The position numbers were made by a program, and so were the translations under genes. This document shows, piece after piece, positions 26,946-36,221 of a stretch of DNA of 45,915 nucleotides. Where the stretch lies: NCBI GenBank assembly GCA_038208905.1, contig JBBQYG010000009.1, positions 1-45,915 of the forward strand, given 5' to 3'. The notes below the pieces were generated by a model. That model had not been told where the DNA came from and made no database searches. It saw only the letters and a program-made list of their open reading frames with translations. Numbering within the stretch: position 1 is the first letter of the stretch; each line of letters begins with the position of its first letter. This DNA is from Candidatus Sumerlaeia bacterium. GTDB taxonomy: Bacteria; Sumerlaeota; Sumerlaeia; SLMS01.

Positions 26946-27653
26946 ATGAAAAATATGAACTACTTCCTCCTCCGCCGCCTCCACTCGCTCCTCGGCATCT
27001 TTCCGCTCGGTCTCTTCCTCGTCAATCACCTGATCACCAACTCAACGGGCATCGTGAGCGCGAAGTTCTTCGAGGAGAAGGTCGCCCTCATCCATATGCT
27101 GGGGCCGCTCCTTCCGATCGTTGAGGCAGTGTTTATTTTCATTCCCTTGGCGCTGCACATCGCGCTAGGCGTGTACATCGCCACCACCGGCCGGATCGAG
27201 GTTGGCCGCGCGGTGCCCTATGGGCGCAACTGGGCCTACTCCTTCCAGCGCTGGACCGGCTGGATTGCGCTCGTCTTCATCACCTACCACGTCATTCACC
27301 TGCGCTTCCTGCACGACATGGATGCGACGCCCTTCTCCGTCGAGCTCGGCGAGATTTTCTACGGCGGCCCGCTCGCGATCCTGATCATGCTTGGCTACCT
27401 CGTGGGCGGATTGGCGGTCATCTATCACTTCGCCAACGGCCTTTGCACGTTCTGCATGACGTGGGGAATCACGACGGGCCCGCGCAGCCAGAAAGGCATG
27501 GCGTATGCTGCTGTCGGTGTTGGCGCGGTCTTGACGCTGATGCTCCTCACCAGCATCGGCGCCTTCAACAGGATCGGCCGCGATATGGCCGCGATGAGCG
27601 AGACCGAGCGAGCCGCCTTCGTCGAGGAGCTTCGCGCGGTTCACAAGAAGTGA
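26946..27653 (+). CDS. sdhC: Succinate dehydrogenase/fumarate reductase cytochrome b558 subunit (type B, diheme)
   Basis: RRLHSLLGIFPLGLFLVNHL, QRWTG, YHFANG...WGIT; five TM helices with heme-ligand His residues. Confidence 0.93.
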   Translation: MKNMNYFLLRRLHSLLGIFPLGLFLVNHLITNSTGIVSAKFFEEKVALIHMLGPLLPIVEAVFIFIPLALHIALGVYIATTGRIEVGRAVPYGRNWAYSFQRWTGWIALVFITYHVIHLRFLHDMDATPFSVELGEIFYGGPLAILIMLGYLVGGLAVIYHFANGLCTFCMTWGITTGPRSQKGMAYAAVGVGAVLTLMLLTSIGAFNRIGRDMAAMSETERAAFVEELRAVHKK

Positions 27654-27708
27654 CGCTGGCAGTCGGCAGCACCATTCCCGTTCGGATTTCGCCGGAAGGA
27701 AAGCAGTC

Positions 27709-29673
27709 ATGGCAAAGAGAGTGATCGTCGTTGGAGGCGGGCTGGCGGGACTTTCCGCCGCCATCCGGGCCGCGGAACTCGGCATGTCCGTGGACCTCTT
27801 CAGCGTCGTCCCCGTCAAGCGCTCGCACTCCGTCTGCGCCCAGGGCGGCATCAACGCGGCCAAAAACCTGAAGGGCGAGAACGACAGCCCCACGATCCAC
27901 ACCACCGATACGCTCTTTGGCGGCGAGTTCCTCGCCGACCAGCCGCTGGTCGATGGCATGTGCAAAAAGGCGCCGTCGATCATCGACCTGCTCGACCGCA
28001 TGGGTGTGCCGTTTAATCGCACGCCCGAGGGACATATTGACTTCCGCCGCTTCGGCGGCACGCTTTACCACCGCACGGCATTCTCCTGGGCGACGACCGG
28101 TCAGCAGCTCATGTACGCGCTCGACGAGCAGGTGCGACGCTTCGAGACACAGGGCCTCGTCGAGAAGTACGAGCACTGGGAGTTCCTTTCCCTCGTGCTC
28201 GACGAATCCGGGAACACGCGCGGCATTACCGCCATGAACATTTGGGATCGAAAGGTCGAGGTGTTCAAGGGCAACGCCGTAATCCTCTGCACCGGCGGAC
28301 CGGGCCTCGTCTTCGGAAAGTCCACCAACTCCATCATCAACACCGGCGCCGCCGCCTCGCGCGCCTATCAGCAAGGCGTGCACTACGCCAACGGCGAGTT
28401 CATCCAGGTCCACCCGACGTCGATTCCCGGCGCCGACAAGCTGCGGCTGATCTCCGAATCCGTGCGCGGCGAAGGCGGGCGCGTATGGGTTCCGATGAAC
28501 ACCGGAGACAAGCGCAAGGCCGTGGATATTCCCAACGCCGACCGCGACTACTTTCTGGAGCGCAAGTATCCCAAGTACGGCAACCTCGTCCCGCGCGACG
28601 TCGCCACGCGGGAGATCTTCGACATTTGCGTCGCCGAGGGCCGCGGCGTGGAAGGCCAGAACCAAGTCTATCTCGACATCACCCCAGCCCAGAGCGGCCA
28701 AAAGGCCGAGGCGCTGGAGCGCAAGCTGGGCGGAGTGCTCGAAATCTACCGCAAGTTCGTCGGCGACGATCCGATCCAAACGCCGATGCGCATCTTCCCG
28801 GGCATGCACTACTCGATGGGCGGCCTGTGGGTCGGCTTTCGCGACGAGGGCAAGATGCTGGCCCAGATGACCAACGTGCCGGGCACCTTTGCCGCGGGAG
28901 AGGTCGAGTTCCAGTACCACGGCGCCAACCGCCTGGGCGCGAATTCGCTTCTGAGCTGCATCTATGGCGGCATCGAGGCCGGGCAGCGCGCCGTCGGCTG
29001 GGTCGGCTCCCACAGCGACGAGGCCCCCGCGTCCGTCTATGACGGCGAGCGCAAGCGCCAGGAGGGCATCAACGCCACCGTGATGGGAATGACCAAGGGG
29101 AGCGAGAACGCCTTCGCCCTCCACCGCGAGCTCGGCAACGCGATGACCGCCAAGTGTACCGTCGTCCGCGAGAACAAGGGCCTCGACGAACTGCTCGGCA
29201 AGCTCGACGAGATCGAGGACCGCTATCGGAACATCAACATCAACGACACCTCGCAGGCCATGAACCAGAGCTTCGGATTCACGCGCGCCCTGTGGGACAT
29301 GATCGCGCTGGCCAAGGCCATCGCCAAGAGCGCCCGCCTCCGCGACGAGTGCCGCGGCGCCCACTTCAAGCCCGAGTTCGAGCTCCACAAGCCCGAGGCC
29401 TCCAAGATCGGCGACGCCGCGGATCACGACGGCTATCGCGCCTATTGCGGGGAAATCTCCACCAAGTGGGGCGCCAAGTTCACGCTCCCCGCCAAGAACA
29501 CCACGGAGATGACTCCCGAGTTCACCGACTACATGGACAAGTGGGTGGAAATCCAGCGCAAGTGGAGCAGCGCCACCCTCGCCACCTACAAGCCCGGCGA
29601 GAGCCAGCCCGAAATCGGCTATCGCGAAGTCGCCATGACCGTGCAGCCCCCCAAGCCCCGCATCTACAAGTAG
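27709..29673 (+). CDS. sdhA: Succinate dehydrogenase/fumarate reductase flavoprotein subunit
   Basis: VVGGGLAGL, covalent-FAD RSHSVCAQGG, QVHPT, SESVRGEGG, HYSMGG, HGANRLGANSL. Confidence 0.97.
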   Translation: MAKRVIVVGGGLAGLSAAIRAAELGMSVDLFSVVPVKRSHSVCAQGGINAAKNLKGENDSPTIHTTDTLFGGEFLADQPLVDGMCKKAPSIIDLLDRMGVPFNRTPEGHIDFRRFGGTLYHRTAFSWATTGQQLMYALDEQVRRFETQGLVEKYEHWEFLSLVLDESGNTRGITAMNIWDRKVEVFKGNAVILCTGGPGLVFGKSTNSIINTGAAASRAYQQGVHYANGEFIQVHPTSIPGADKLRLISESVRGEGGRVWVPMNTGDKRKAVDIPNADRDYFLERKYPKYGNLVPRDVATREIFDICVAEGRGVEGQNQVYLDITPAQSGQKAEALERKLGGVLEIYRKFVGDDPIQTPMRIFPGMHYSMGGLWVGFRDEGKMLAQMTNVPGTFAAGEVEFQYHGANRLGANSLLSCIYGGIEAGQRAVGWVGSHSDEAPASVYDGERKRQEGINATVMGMTKGSENAFALHRELGNAMTAKCTVVRENKGLDELLGKLDEIEDRYRNININDTSQAMNQSFGFTRALWDMIALAKAIAKSARLRDECRGAHFKPEFELHKPEASKIGDAADHDGYRAYCGEISTKWGAKFTLPAKNTTEMTPEFTDYMDKWVEIQRKWSSATLATYKPGESQPEIGYREVAMTVQPPKPRIYK

Positions 29674-29689
29674 GAAGGAATCCCCGATC

Positions 29690-30436
29690 ATGCCCGAGAA
29701 CATCACCCTCAAGATCAAGCGCCAGGACGCCCCCGGCACGGAGGCACGCTGGGAAACCTTCCAGATTCCCTATCAGCCCAACATGAACGTGATCTCCGCC
29801 CTGATGGAGATCCGCATCAACCCGACCACTTCGGAAGGGAAGAAGACCACGCCGCCCTCCTGGGACGCGGCCTGCCTGGAGGAGGTCTGCGGCTCGTGCT
29901 CAATGCGTATCAACGGCGTGCCGCGCCAGGCGTGCACCGCGCTGATCGACAAGCTGGAGCAGCCGATCACGCTGGAGCCGTTTTCCAAGTTCCCCGTGAT
30001 CCGCGACCTCGTGGTTGATCGCACGCGCATGTTCGACGCCCTCAAGCGCGTCCGCGCGTGGAACCCGCTCGACGGCACCTACGACCTCGGGAAGGGCCCC
30101 ACCGTCGCCCCCGTCGATCAGGAGGAGATGTACAAGTACGCAAGCTGCATGACCTGCGGCTGCTGCCTTGAGGCATGCCCCCAGGTGAACGAGAACTCCC
30201 CCTTCGTCGGCGCGGCGGCGATCGGCCAGGCCTACCTCTTCAACAAGCAGCCCAACGGGAAGATTTATGCCAACGATCGCCTCGAAGCCCTCCTCGGCCC
30301 CGGCGGCGTCGGCGACTGCGGCAACGCCCAGAACTGCGTCCGCGTCTGCCCCAAGGAAATCCCCCTGACCACCGCCATCGCCGAGATGGGCCGCCAGCTC
30401 ACATGGTACTCGGTGAAGCGGTTCTTCTCGCGGTAG
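29690..30436 (+). CDS. sdhB: Succinate dehydrogenase/fumarate reductase iron-sulfur subunit
   Basis: CLEEVCGSC...C, CMTCGCCLEACP and CGNAQNCVRVCP cluster motifs. Confidence 0.97.
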   Translation: MPENITLKIKRQDAPGTEARWETFQIPYQPNMNVISALMEIRINPTTSEGKKTTPPSWDAACLEEVCGSCSMRINGVPRQACTALIDKLEQPITLEPFSKFPVIRDLVVDRTRMFDALKRVRAWNPLDGTYDLGKGPTVAPVDQEEMYKYASCMTCGCCLEACPQVNENSPFVGAAAIGQAYLFNKQPNGKIYANDRLEALLGPGGVGDCGNAQNCVRVCPKEIPLTTAIAEMGRQLTWYSVKRFFSR

Positions 30437-30541
30437 GGGCGGCATGTTTCGATGGACCAAGCGTTGGAAACGCAATAGGCTACTTCGGAATGGTTTGGTT
30501 TTGCCGTTCCTCGGACTATTTGCATCCACAAGAGGTAGCCC

Positions 30542-30748
30542 ATGAACTGCACGGCCGTCATCAAGCAGGACGCAGGCTGGTGGATCGGATGGATCGAGGA
30601 AGTCCCCGGCGTGAATTCACAGGGCGAGACCCGCGGGGAGCTTCTGGAAAACCCCCGCTCCGCCCTTGGCGAGGCCATTGAACTGAACCGCGCGGACGCG
30701 ATCAAGGCCGCCGGACCGGAATACACTGAAGCAACGGTTGCCGTGTGA
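30542..30748 (+). CDS. hicB: Short HicB-family antitoxin
   Basis: TAVIKQDAGWWIGWIEEVPGVNSQGETRGELLEN; GAGG SD; no DNA-binding domain. Confidence 0.85.
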   Translation: MNCTAVIKQDAGWWIGWIEEVPGVNSQGETRGELLENPRSALGEAIELNRADAIKAAGPEYTEATVAV

Positions 30749-30930
30749 AGCGGCGCGAATTGATCGCCCGTCTGTCGTCGTACGGTTGCCATTTGGTGTG
30801 CAAGGGTGCAAAGCACTCTTGGCGGGAGAATCCCGCCACACGCCGCCGTTCGGCGATCCCACGCCACACCGAGATCAGCGACTTTCTGGCTCGGAAGTTA
30901 TGCCGCGACCTGGGGGTGCCCGACTTATGA
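30745..30930 (+). CDS. hicA: HicA-family mRNA interferase toxin
   Basis: MKRRELI..L...GC...GAKHS...NP......IPRHTEISD.LARKLCRDLG; GTGA overlap with hicB. Confidence 0.85.
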   Translation: MKRRELIARLSSYGCHLVCKGAKHSWRENPATRRRSAIPRHTEISDFLARKLCRDLGVPDL

Positions 30931-30961
30931 GCGGCGCACCCTCTCCCCTGACTCTTCCATC

Positions 30962-32032
30962 ATGACACCCGACCCCGCCGACAAGCCTCCGTTTCCCCGC
31001 TGGCTGATCCGCATGGATCCCGCGCTCGTCGCGTGGGAGACCAATGCGCTCTACGAGGCGTTCCGCCGCCACCGGCTGCGGAGGCCGCCGCGATTCCTCC
31101 ATCGGGCGCTGGTCCTGGTGGGCTCGGCGCTGCTGGCCTGTGCGGCTCTGATCGGTGGCTACATGGCGTTCTTCACCAGCTTCGAAGACAGCGATATGAT
31201 GATGTTGCTGCCACCCTTCCTTGTCGCGCTGTATGCGGGTCTGCTGATGGCTCTGCTGCCACAGGCCTATCCCTTCTTTCGCCGCCACCCAAAGGAGGGG
31301 CGCGAGAAGCTAAGCAACTGGGTCGCGGGAGCGTTCAATATCTCCTCGGTCTCGCGACAGGCCACCCACGACCTTTGGCTGGCGGGCGCCACCGGGAGAG
31401 AGATTGCCGAGGCAATCCAGCTTGAGATGCGCGAGGTGGGCTGGCGCACGCAGACAGTTGCGGCGGTTCTGGGATTCTTGCTCGTGGTATTGTTCGGCTT
31501 CGTCAGGCTCCCGATGCCGGGATTCGGCTCCATCGGGGCCGCGGTGGGGAGCATCCTGCACGTCGCTACGGTGCTGCTAGCCGCGGCGCTGGCGGCCCGC
31601 TGCCTGTTCACTTCCTCGCGGGTAAACTCGCCCAAGGCACTCCAGGCGCGAAAGATCGCATGGCTGCGGCACGTGGCCGTGCGGCGCATGATCCTGCTGA
31701 TTGTTCTGTTCCTGATTGCCTATTTCGCGCTGCTCGTGGTGATCGGACTGGGTGCCATCGGATTCAAGTTTCTGGGCATGGCCTCACTTTTTGCCTTCGC
31801 GTGGGAGACGCTCTCCACGCAAAGCGCGCTTGGGATCGCATGGCGATTGGGATTCATCCTTCTGTGGTGGATGTTCTGGAGAGAACTGGAACGCGTAATG
31901 GGTCGCTACCACGCCAAGCTCGTCCGCGATCTCGACACCATGTTCCCCGTCCTCGTCGCCCGCGTCGTGGAAAAGGATGCCGATGTCCCCGACTGGAAGC
32001 CATTAAAAGCAGGAATGAGGTATGAGGTATGA
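30962..32032 (+). CDS. Hypothetical multi-pass membrane protein
   Basis: About six hydrophobic segments; start estimated at MTPDPADKP. Confidence 0.65.
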   Translation: MTPDPADKPPFPRWLIRMDPALVAWETNALYEAFRRHRLRRPPRFLHRALVLVGSALLACAALIGGYMAFFTSFEDSDMMMLLPPFLVALYAGLLMALLPQAYPFFRRHPKEGREKLSNWVAGAFNISSVSRQATHDLWLAGATGREIAEAIQLEMREVGWRTQTVAAVLGFLLVVLFGFVRLPMPGFGSIGAAVGSILHVATVLLAAALAARCLFTSSRVNSPKALQARKIAWLRHVAVRRMILLIVLFLIAYFALLVVIGLGAIGFKFLGMASLFAFAWETLSTQSALGIAWRLGFILLWWMFWRELERVMGRYHAKLVRDLDTMFPVLVARVVEKDADVPDWKPLKAGMRYEV

Positions 32033-32122
32033 GGGATAAACAGCAGGGATGAAGTATTCGGGATTAAGGATAAAGTGGAGGCAGCAGCAGAGTGTGGCCG
32101 TTGCCGTTCATCCCTCAGACCC
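32012..32122. repeat. Heptamer repeats (GG(A/T/G)ATRA-like) with downstream inverted copies
   Basis: ggaatga-ggtatga-ggtatga-gggataa...gggatga...gggatta-aggataa, and complementary ttcatccctc / catccctgc before the convergent gene. Confidence 0.6.
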
Positions 32123-32133
32123 CATCCCTGCCT

Positions 32134-34098
32134 TTACGGCACGTAGATGTCGTTGACCGCCGAGTTGGAGAACCCAGCATTGGTTCCCCCGCCGGCAACG
32201 TATATACGGTCGATGTGGAAGATGGGAAAAGCGCCATGCCGCGGCGTGGGCATCGGGGCGCCCAGGCGCCATGTGTTGGTGACGGGGTTGTAAACGTCCA
32301 CCCGGTTGAAGACATTCCCGCCGACGGCGCCGCCGCCGTTGGCGGTCTCTCCGCCAAAGACGAAGAACTCGCCATAGGCGTAGGCTGCCTTGCCGGTGCC
32401 GCCGCGCCCATTGGGGAGCGGCTGGATCGCCGACTCCATGGATGTCCGCCACGAATCGGCGAATGGGTCGTATATTTGTACATCTCCAAAGCCGTTGGCC
32501 ACCACGTTGGCGTCGCCACTGCCGGGCCCTCGCCCGCCAAAGACGTAGTAGAACCGCCCGTCGGTTCCCGACGCTGCGTGGTTGCGCCCGCGGGGCATGG
32601 GCGACTTGCGCTCCCAGGAGTTGGTGCGCGGGTTGTATCGCGCGTGCTGGTTGGTGGTGGAGCTGCCGTTCACGATGCCGCCGCTGTAGTACACGAATCC
32701 GTCGATATACGCGGTGGATCCGGAACCCGACGCAAACGGCGCGCTGGCGCCAAGGCTCCACGAGTTGCTCGCGGGATCGAAGATCTGGGTCTTCCCCTCG
32801 GACTGCGCCGCAAGGCCGCCGAAGAGATACCACTTCCCGTCGATCACTTCAGAGGCATGATGGTTCCCTGCGTGGGGCCGCTCCGGCAGCGCGCTCGCCG
32901 GGGACCACAGCCCCGTCGTCAGGTCGAATCGCGTCGTGGCGCTGTTCGTCTCTCCGGCCACATACATGAAGTTGCCGATGATCCCCGCGGCCACTTCGCC
33001 CAGCGCCACCGGCATTCCCGCCGCGCCATACCACCTGTTGGCAAATGCGCCGGACTCCTGACCGCGCAGCCGCACCGTCGGCGAGACGAAGTTCCCCGTC
33101 AGCTCAAGAATCGTCTCATAGGGAATCCCCGCCGTCGGCGCGAAGTACAGCGTGACCGGCACACCCGCGCCGGTCGCGATGCGAATCGGGGCGGGAAGGA
33201 ACACTTCCGTCCCGAAACCCTGGATCAGCTCGTTTCCCACCGTGATGTAGAAGGCGTCATTCACGCCGCGCTGCGCGCTCAGCCGAAAGCCCGTGATCAG
33301 CATCGGCTCTCCGCCCGAGTTGGCGACGCCGAGCGTATAGGCCTCGCCGAAGCTGCCGAACGGAACATTCCCCCAAGAGTGAAACGCGCTGCTCAGCGTG
33401 ACGGTGGTGTTGAATGGGGCAATGCGCTCGACCTCGATGGCCGAAACCTTCGGCGCGCCCACGCGGCCCTCGAAGCGGATTGTCACTTCGCTGTCCAGCG
33501 TGCGCATGTCGAACGACTTGACGATTGCCGTGGCCGCGCCCGCCTCTGTCACAATGTCAAAGTTCCGCAAAACGGGAACGCCCTCCAGCAGCACGTCGAA
33601 AACGCGTTCCCCGGGCTGGGTGAAGAACACCTCGGCGAAGTGCAGGTGCACGCGATAGTCCCCCGCGCCCACCGGCAGTCGATAAGTCATCGGCTCCGCG
33701 CCGCCCGAGTCAAAGCGTTCCGATTGATAGAGCGTGTCCAGCGCCGTTCCCGCGATCGGCTGCGGAGAGTTCCCCGTCCCCGCGACATTCACATAGGGGG
33801 TATCATCGATCCACACGATCCCATCGGAGTCCGTGAAGTTTGGCCCCCCCGCGTTCAACCGGAACACGAAGCTGTCGAATCGCGCATAGCGAACCAGATC
33901 CGCCGCGTCGAACTTGCCGTCCTGGTTGAAGTCGCTCCGCGCCTCCCGCGCCTCCAGCGCAATCGCCTGGCGAGCCAGGAAGGTGAGTTCGGAATCCTTC
34001 CGCTCAACGCCATACAGCGGCGCGCTCGCGCGTGAGGCGCTCGCCGTGAGCGTCGCGACAAGGAGCGCCAGAATCGGATGCGCAAGCGTGTATTTCAT
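32134..34098 (-). CDS. Secreted protein: dockerin/EF-hand-like motif + malectin + Ig-like domain + Kelch beta-propeller
   Basis: Signal MKYTLAHPILALLVA; DFNQDGKFDAADLV; malectin (RLNAGG...LYQSER...HFAE...GERVFDV); several Kelch repeats (YxxGG...Y/FDP...W). Confidence 0.85.
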   Translation of the reverse strand: MKYTLAHPILALLVATLTASASRASAPLYGVERKDSELTFLARQAIALEAREARSDFNQDGKFDAADLVRYARFDSFVFRLNAGGPNFTDSDGIVWIDDTPYVNVAGTGNSPQPIAGTALDTLYQSERFDSGGAEPMTYRLPVGAGDYRVHLHFAEVFFTQPGERVFDVLLEGVPVLRNFDIVTEAGAATAIVKSFDMRTLDSEVTIRFEGRVGAPKVSAIEVERIAPFNTTVTLSSAFHSWGNVPFGSFGEAYTLGVANSGGEPMLITGFRLSAQRGVNDAFYITVGNELIQGFGTEVFLPAPIRIATGAGVPVTLYFAPTAGIPYETILELTGNFVSPTVRLRGQESGAFANRWYGAAGMPVALGEVAAGIIGNFMYVAGETNSATTRFDLTTGLWSPASALPERPHAGNHHASEVIDGKWYLFGGLAAQSEGKTQIFDPASNSWSLGASAPFASGSGSTAYIDGFVYYSGGIVNGSSTTNQHARYNPRTNSWERKSPMPRGRNHAASGTDGRFYYVFGGRGPGSGDANVVANGFGDVQIYDPFADSWRTSMESAIQPLPNGRGGTGKAAYAYGEFFVFGGETANGGGAVGGNVFNRVDVYNPVTNTWRLGAPMPTPRHGAFPIFHIDRIYVAGGGTNAGFSNSAVNDIYVP

Positions 34099-34187
34099 GG
34101 AGCGACTCCCCCGAGGAATTCTGCGCGGACTGTGAGCGAGCGGCGTGGTGACTGGCAACGCGAAAGGGCGCGAATCAGCCGCCGCAC

Positions 34188-36173
34188 TCAAGTCGGCGAC
34201 GCATAGCTGTGCAACCCGCCCGAGAACCACGGCAGGTAGCTCACGCCCAGAAATGTGATCAGCACCACCACGAAGCCGAGCAGGCACGCCACGGCGCTCC
34301 ACTTGCCGCGCCAGCCCATCACCATGCGCGAGTGCAGGTACACTGTATAGACAACCCAGGTGATGAAGGCCCACGTCTCCTTGGGGTCCCAGCCCCAGAA
34401 TCGGCCCCACGCGGTGTCGGCCCACACGCCGCCCAGCGTGACGCCCAGCGTCAGGAGCGGCCAGCCGAGCTGCACCAGGCGATAGGCGAACTCCTCCGTC
34501 TGCACCAGCGACATCAGGCCGTCGCCGCTGCCGCCGCCCCCAATCGAAAAGAGCATCTTGATCACCCAACCAAGCCCCGCCGCCGCCGCGGTCAGCAGGC
34601 CCAGCCCGCCGCCCAGCATCAGCACCAACTCCGCCGCCCGCAGCCCGATATTGATCCATGTGGAGGCGCCGAGGAAGTACGCCTCAGACCGCACGGCGAG
34701 GAAGTAGAGGCCAAAGAGCACGGCGCCGACGCCGCCACTCCACGCCGCGGAGACCGCAAGCTGCCGCGCCGTCAGCGCGCGGACCAGATACACGCAGGCA
34801 AAGAACGCCGCGATGGCGAAGGCCGCATAGCTGAACAGCATCATCGTGACGTGGATGTTGAGCCAGTAGCTGTTCAGCACCGCGCGCAGCGGATGGATTC
34901 GCGTGTCGTGCAGCGGCATCAGCCCCGCCCCCGTCAGCAGCAGGAACGCCGTTACCATGGCGCCGATTCCCACCAGCGCCCGGCGAGAGAATGCCTCCAC
35001 GACCATCGCGATCAGCACCACGGCCCAGGAACAAAACGTGATCGCCTCGAACATGTTGGAGACTGGCACGTGGCCCTTCAGATACAGCCGCAGCCCCATC
35101 GCCGCCGTGTGGGCGATGAAGCCCAGCCCCATGATCCCGATGCCGCCCCAATAGAAGCCGCGATGCTGGAAGAACGCAAACAGGCCAAACGTGATCGCGG
35201 AAAGCAGATATGTCCACGCGGCGATGCGCCACGGGTTGGTGTTCACATAGAAGTTCTGGGCCTTGCGGAACGGCTCGCTGGGATAGGCGCGGCTGCGGCT
35301 CGCGACTTCCAGAAACGCGCTCGCGGCGGGGGCGATTTGCTCGGGCTTGTTGCCCAGGAGCGCGGCGCCCAACTGCGTGTCGAATTCGCCCGCGGCCTTC
35401 CATGTGGTGGAGCCCGCCCCCGCCAGCACCGCCGGCCGTGCCCATGCGCCATCGATGGCGTCGGGATACGGCGCGATCAGGAAAGTTTCGCCGATGCTGG
35501 TCAGCACGTTGCAGCGATTCAGCAGCCGCTCGCCCGCGCGCTGAAACGGCGCGTTGGCCTTCACCTCCGCCTCCAGCTCCTTGCGGCGGCGATGCGTCTC
35601 CACCAGCTTTTCCGGGTTGTCCAGCAGCTCGCCCACCTGCGCCGGTGAAACGCCCTCCAGTTCATACTGCGCCAACACGCGCTCGCTCGCGCCTAGGCGC
35701 TTGGCCTGCTCCACCGTATTGACCAGCGTCCGAATCTGCTTCAGCTCCGTCTCCCGCGCGGCGCCCGCTTGCAGGCGCTCGATCATCGATTTCAGCTTGG
35801 GGCTCTCCGTCACTTGCCGCCATGACACCCACTTGCCGTCCAGGTCCAGCGCCGGAAGCAAGTCGGGGTGCTCCACCGGCAGGACCCGCGCCGTCAGCCA
35901 GCGCGGCGTTTCATAGATCAGGCTTAGGATCGTGTAGGACGGATCCTGCCCCGGTACCTTCTGGCGCCCGGTCAGTTCGTGGACCTTCAGCCGCGCATAG
36001 GTCGGCAACGTCTCCGCCCAGCCCTCGTGCTGCACCGCGATCAGGTCCAGGCTCGACGCCTTGACCGCGGCTTCCATCGCCGCGTCATGGGGGATCGAAT
36101 CCTTCCGGACATCGGCGGGCGCCGTGGTCGCCGCCAGGGTCAGCAGAAACAGAAACAGCAGTCGAATGGGCAT
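34188..36173 (-). CDS. ccsA: System II cytochrome c synthase CcsA/ResC with large N-terminal exported domain
   Basis: GHVPVSNMFE, LNSYWLNIHV, WWD motif GGVWADTAWGRFWGWDPKETW, YLH, GLHSY. Confidence 0.92.
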   Translation of the reverse strand: MPIRLLFLFLLTLAATTAPADVRKDSIPHDAAMEAAVKASSLDLIAVQHEGWAETLPTYARLKVHELTGRQKVPGQDPSYTILSLIYETPRWLTARVLPVEHPDLLPALDLDGKWVSWRQVTESPKLKSMIERLQAGAARETELKQIRTLVNTVEQAKRLGASERVLAQYELEGVSPAQVGELLDNPEKLVETHRRRKELEAEVKANAPFQRAGERLLNRCNVLTSIGETFLIAPYPDAIDGAWARPAVLAGAGSTTWKAAGEFDTQLGAALLGNKPEQIAPAASAFLEVASRSRAYPSEPFRKAQNFYVNTNPWRIAAWTYLLSAITFGLFAFFQHRGFYWGGIGIMGLGFIAHTAAMGLRLYLKGHVPVSNMFEAITFCSWAVVLIAMVVEAFSRRALVGIGAMVTAFLLLTGAGLMPLHDTRIHPLRAVLNSYWLNIHVTMMLFSYAAFAIAAFFACVYLVRALTARQLAVSAAWSGGVGAVLFGLYFLAVRSEAYFLGASTWINIGLRAAELVLMLGGGLGLLTAAAAGLGWVIKMLFSIGGGGSGDGLMSLVQTEEFAYRLVQLGWPLLTLGVTLGGVWADTAWGRFWGWDPKETWAFITWVVYTVYLHSRMVMGWRGKWSAVACLLGFVVVLITFLGVSYLPWFSGGLHSYASPT

Positions 36174-36221
36174 TGCGTCGTATCCTTGATCTTTGCTCGC
36201 GGGCGCCGTGCCCGCGTCCTC

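Noticed and set aside
13139-29739. Long antisense and alternate-frame ORFs (e.g. 13139-14665, 17405-18889, 27565-29739 on minus)
   Set aside because: Shadow ORFs expected in high-GC DNA opposite well-conserved genes; no recognisable motifs.
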